Assembly: GCF_018736145.1 (NCBI RefSeq)
Contig: NZ_CP059997.1
Coordinates: 1,429,149 to 1,453,148, forward strand
Source of the DNA: Amycolatopsis sp. CA-230715
GTDB lineage: Bacteria > Actinomycetota > Actinomycetes > Mycobacteriales > Pseudonocardiaceae
Direction of reading: 5' to 3'
Length of the DNA stretch: 24,000 bases
Shown here: piece after piece, positions 21,121-24,000 of the stretch
How positions within the stretch are numbered: position 1 is the first letter of the stretch
Layout: every line of letters begins with the position of its first letter
Notes under the pieces: generated by a model
The model's input: the letters and a program-made list of their open reading frames with translations, nothing else
Databases searched by the model: none
Told to the model about the DNA's origin: nothing
Position numbers and translations under genes: made by a program

Positions 21121-23760
21121 TCAGGGTGTGAGAGTGCGAAGCAACGGATCTGCCGGCGCGCACCGCTCCCAGCGGATCCGGATGTCCAAGGCAACGCATC
21201 CGTTCGCGGCGACCCTGACCGGATTGAGGTCGAGCTCGGCGATTTCGGGCAGCAGCACGGCCAGCGCGCCGAGGCGCACCAGCAGATCGTGCACGGCCGC
21301 CCGGTCGATCCCGGTGGCCCAGAGCGCGTCCGAGGACCGCAAACCGTCCAGCATCAGATCGGCGTCGGTGGCGGTGACCGGAGCGAGCCGGGCCGAATGA
21401 TCGGCGACCAGATCGGTGTCGGTGCCCCCGAGCCCGAACACGACCAGCGGGCCGAACACGGCGTCGGACCGGATCCCCAGCACGAGATCGCGGCCGGGCG
21501 GGGCCATCGGCTGCACGAGCACGCCGCGCAACCGGGAACCGAACCGGGCGCGCAGCTCCCGGTGCGCACCGCGAACGGCGTCGGCGTCGGGCAGCCCGAG
21601 CACCACCGCGCCGCTCGCGCTCTTGTGCAGCACGCCTTCGGCGTCGGCCTTCAGCACCACGGGACCGCCGAACGTCTCCAAGGCCGCGACCGCATCGTCC
21701 TCAGTGGACGCGTATCGGCTCGCGGTCACCGGGAACCCAGCCACCTTCAGCACTTCTTCGCACTGCTGCGGCGAAAGCCAGTTCGCATCGGCCGGGATCA
21801 GGTCCGCGACCGTCCTGAGCGCGGCGGTGTCCAGCGTTTCCGGGGTCGGCCCCGCCGGGCGGTGGCGCCAGCGCGCGTACCGGGACAAGGCTGCCAGTAC
21901 CGCCGCGGCATCCACGACGTCGGCGTAGGAGGCGGTGGCCGGTCGTCCCGGCGCGTAGTCCACCGGCTTCACCCGTTCCACCTGGCCCGGCCGCACCAGG
22001 AGCACCGTCTTGGCCGCGCGGTCCAGTAGCGGCGCGAGCGCGCCCTGCGGGTCGCCGACCGCCGTGGGCACCGTGATCACCAGCACCGCGTCGACGCCCT
22101 CGTCACCGAGCAGGATCCGCAGCGCCTCGCTGAAGATGATGGCGGGCACGGCCGCGGTGGTGTCGACCGGATTGGACACGGAGGCCTGCGAAGGCAGGAC
22201 GGCACGAAGCCGATCCGCGGTACCGCGGGACAACGGCGTGAGAACGAGGCCGTCGCGTTCGCACGCGTCGGCCGCGAGCACACCCGCGCCACCGGCGTTG
22301 CTGATCACCGCGACCTTCGAGCCGCCTGGCAGGGGTTGCCAGGAAAGGGCGGCGACCACGTCCGCGACGGCGGACAGCGAGTCGACGGCGATCACGCCGG
22401 CCTGCTCGTAGAGCGCTTCGCGGAGCACGACGGGGGTGGCCGCGGCGGCGGTGTGGGACGCGGCGGCGGACCTCGCGGTCTCACCGGTGCCCACCCGGAC
22501 CGCGACTACCGGCTTGGTCCTGGCGAGCGCTCTCGCCAGCCGCGTGAACCGCCTCGGGTTGCCGAAGGACTCCAGGTACAGCACGGCGATCTCGGTCCGG
22601 CGGTCGTTCCCCCACCACGCGAGCAGGTCGTTTCCGCTGACGTCGTACTTGTCCCCGGTGGAGACCACGGACGAGATGCCGAGCCCCAGTGACGCCAGTG
22701 CGCCCGCGAGCGCTATCGCGACGCCACCGGACTGCGTCACCACCCCGACCCGTCCCGCCGGTACGGGGCCGGCGAGAAACGTGGCATCGAGTTCCTGGCC
22801 CGGTTCGGTGCTGGCGACGCCGAGGCAGTTGGGACCCACCATCCGCAGGCCGTACCGGCGGATCGACCGCCGCATCCGTTCCTCGTGCGGTGTCCCGGTG
22901 ATCCCCGACGAGATGACTACGACGGCGCGCACGCCCGACCGGCCGCACTCCTCGACCGCGTCGGCGGCTTCCGGTGGTGGAAGGCAGATCACGGCCAGTT
23001 CGGGCGGATCGGCCAGCGCGGTCACCGAGCGAGCCGACGGGACGCCGAGAACCTGGTCAGTGCGGGGGTTCACGACGGCGACCCGGGCGTGGTCGCCGCT
23101 TCGGAGGAGGTTCGCCAGCACCGCGTGCCCCACCGAGCTTTCGCGCCGTCCGGCGCCGATCACCGCGACCGAAGCGGGCCGAAGGACGTGGGCAAGGCTC
23201 GCTTCTTCGGCCGCGCGATCGCGGCCGGTGACCGCGCGGCGATACCGGTCGTCGGGGTTCAGCCGGACCGTCGCGAGCACCTCCGGCCCGTCGCGGTCGA
23301 GTTCGTAGGGCAGGCCGAGGTCCGCCAGCACCCGCAGCATCGCCGAGTTCTCGGCCAGCACCTCCGCCACGAAGACCCGGAGGTGGTGCTGCCTGCCGAT
23401 CGACACGAGGTGCTCGAGCAGTTGGGTCGCGACCCCGTGCGCCTGTACCGAGGCGTCGACGACGAGCGCGATCTCCGCGTACGCGCTGTCGTCGAGCACC
23501 TCGTAGTGCGCTACTCCGACCAACTCGTCTCGGAGGAAGCACCCGACGGCGGCATGCCGCTCGCCCGTCTCGGTCGCGATCTTGGCGGCGAGTGCGTCGT
23601 CCCGCGACGCGCCGGTCCCGAAGAACCGGAGATACCGGTCGTGCTCGCTGAGCCGCTCGTGCAGGGCGAGCACCGTCGCGGTGTCCGGCGGCCCGAGCGC
23701 CCGCACCGCGGCCACGGCCCCATCCGCGAGCAGCACTCGCGCCGTCGGTTCGGAAGACAT
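21121..23760 (-). CDS. GNAT-first fusion to an NDP-forming acyl-CoA synthetase-like region (Streptomyces PatA-type order); either a protein acetyltransferase or an ADP-forming acetyl-CoA synthetase
   Basis: The N-terminal GNAT region runs about 190 aa (YLRFFG..., VDASVQAHGVATQLLEHL). It is followed by CoA-binding SVAVIGAGRRESSVGHAV..., VISSGITG, GPNCLGV and VTQSGG. The C-terminal half contains an ATP-grasp-like region (GGPVVLKAD...). ATG 23760 has AAGGGA upstream. The track ORF continues to 24000 only because no stop codon intervenes. Confidence 0.8.
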   Translation of the reverse strand: MSSEPTARVLLADGAVAAVRALGPPDTATVLALHERLSEHDRYLRFFGTGASRDDALAAKIATETGERHAAVGCFLRDELVGVAHYEVLDDSAYAEIALVVDASVQAHGVATQLLEHLVSIGRQHHLRVFVAEVLAENSAMLRVLADLGLPYELDRDGPEVLATVRLNPDDRYRRAVTGRDRAAEEASLAHVLRPASVAVIGAGRRESSVGHAVLANLLRSGDHARVAVVNPRTDQVLGVPSARSVTALADPPELAVICLPPPEAADAVEECGRSGVRAVVVISSGITGTPHEERMRRSIRRYGLRMVGPNCLGVASTEPGQELDATFLAGPVPAGRVGVVTQSGGVAIALAGALASLGLGISSVVSTGDKYDVSGNDLLAWWGNDRRTEIAVLYLESFGNPRRFTRLARALARTKPVVAVRVGTGETARSAAASHTAAAATPVVLREALYEQAGVIAVDSLSAVADVVAALSWQPLPGGSKVAVISNAGGAGVLAADACERDGLVLTPLSRGTADRLRAVLPSQASVSNPVDTTAAVPAIIFSEALRILLGDEGVDAVLVITVPTAVGDPQGALAPLLDRAAKTVLLVRPGQVERVKPVDYAPGRPATASYADVVDAAAVLAALSRYARWRHRPAGPTPETLDTAALRTVADLIPADANWLSPQQCEEVLKVAGFPVTASRYASTEDDAVAALETFGGPVVLKADAEGVLHKSASGAVVLGLPDADAVRGAHRELRARFGSRLRGVLVQPMAPPGRDLVLGIRSDAVFGPLVVFGLGGTDTDLVADHSARLAPVTATDADLMLDGLRSSDALWATGIDRAAVHDLLVRLGALAVLLPEIAELDLNPVRVAANGCVALDIRIRWERCAPADPLLRTLTP

Positions 23761-23884
23761 GGATTTCCCTTTCGGCGAACGGTGAACGCGCTTCGGCCTC
23801 TGCTCCCAGCACACCCCGCGAGCCACCGGTGAAGCTGTGGCCGGACTGCCCGAACCGCGAGGACCTACGTCACCAGCCACCGGG

Positions 23885-23904
23885 CTAGGGACTTTGGGCC
23901 CTGT
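23885..23904. promoter_or_regulatory. DosR-box-like site upstream of the patA-like/ackA operon
   Basis: ctaGGGACtttgGgCCCtgt matches the consensus 13/20 by eye with correct spacing. It lies about 125 nt upstream of ATG 23760 and about 50 nt upstream of a possible divergent start at 23953. Confidence 0.5.
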
Positions 23905-23952
23905 CTTCGGGCCCGGCGGCGATGCGAACGTCTGCCACCGAACGGAGGAGAT

Positions 23953-24000
23953 ATGAACGGACATCCGGACCAGTGGCCGATCGCGATCACGACCGGCCAT
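23953..24000 (+). CDS. possible 5-prime end of a divergent gene running off the window
   Basis: GGAGGAG at 23944-23950 is followed by ATG 23953 (MNGHPDQWPIAITTGH...). Only 16 codons are visible, so the product is unknown. Confidence 0.3.
   Translation, partial: MNGHPDQWPIAITTGH

Noticed and set aside
18655-22029. 424-aa minus (18655-19929) and 838-aa plus (19513-22029) ORFs
   Set aside because: They run through the usp gene, two terminator-flanked boundaries, the ackA gene and the patA-like gene in wrong frames or strands. They are low-complexity shadows.
23761-24000. Extra 80 N-terminal codons of the 959-aa ORF reaching the window edge
   Set aside because: The region has no GNAT-like sequence and contains a DosR-like box plus a probable divergent SD/ATG. 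ATG 23760 has its own AAGGGA SD and starts right at the GNAT domain.
1-24000. Search for mobile elements, CRISPR arrays, tRNA/rRNA genes, phage-defence-type genes or toxin-antitoxin pairs
   Set aside because: I saw no terminal inverted repeats with transposase-like ORFs, no regularly spaced direct repeats, no cloverleaf-like or rRNA-like segments, and no nuclease/ATPase defence architectures. The island looks like chromosomal regulon clustering rather than recent horizontal insertion. No compositional break is visible by eye.

Overview
Very GC-rich, actinobacterial-type chromosomal segment: third codon positions are almost all G/C, and many genes have SD-like GGAGG sites and 1-4 nt start/stop overlaps. 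I saw no rRNA, tRNA, IS element, CRISPR array or long repeat. I can support about 24 protein-coding genes. Most other ORFs in the six-frame track are Arg/Pro/Gly-rich antisense shadows or upstream extensions of real genes.

The window reads as a DosR/DevR-type dormancy/hypoxia island. It contains a close DosR look-alike (14176-14823), two Acg-family nitroreductases, a universal stress protein and an Rv0079-like long hibernation factor.

It also holds a fermentative/redox gene set. This comprises 2-oxoacid:ferredoxin oxidoreductase gamma and alpha subunits, a class I aldolase, an atypical pyruvate-kinase-like protein, L-lactate dehydrogenase, acetate kinase and a GNAT-first PatA-like acyl-CoA synthetase fusion. 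A sulfide:quinone-reductase-like / TusE-DsrC / DsrE sulfur module is also present. Several intergenic regions carry GGGAC-N4-GTCCC-type palindromes resembling the mycobacterial DosR box.

The most unusual element is a tightly coupled minus-strand operon (12879 down to 9087). It encodes a stressosome-type module: PAS-PAS-STAS RsbR-like, RsbS-like, RsbT-like, and a HATPase-PP2C fusion. The operon ends in a sensor-domain-less HisKA_3 histidine kinase whose core looks DosS/DosT-like.

No GAF/heme DosS/DosT-type kinase is present in the window. My main hypothesis is a stressosome-gated, possibly PAS/heme-sensing, input into DosR. All homology statements come from reading and remembered family motifs, not from searches.
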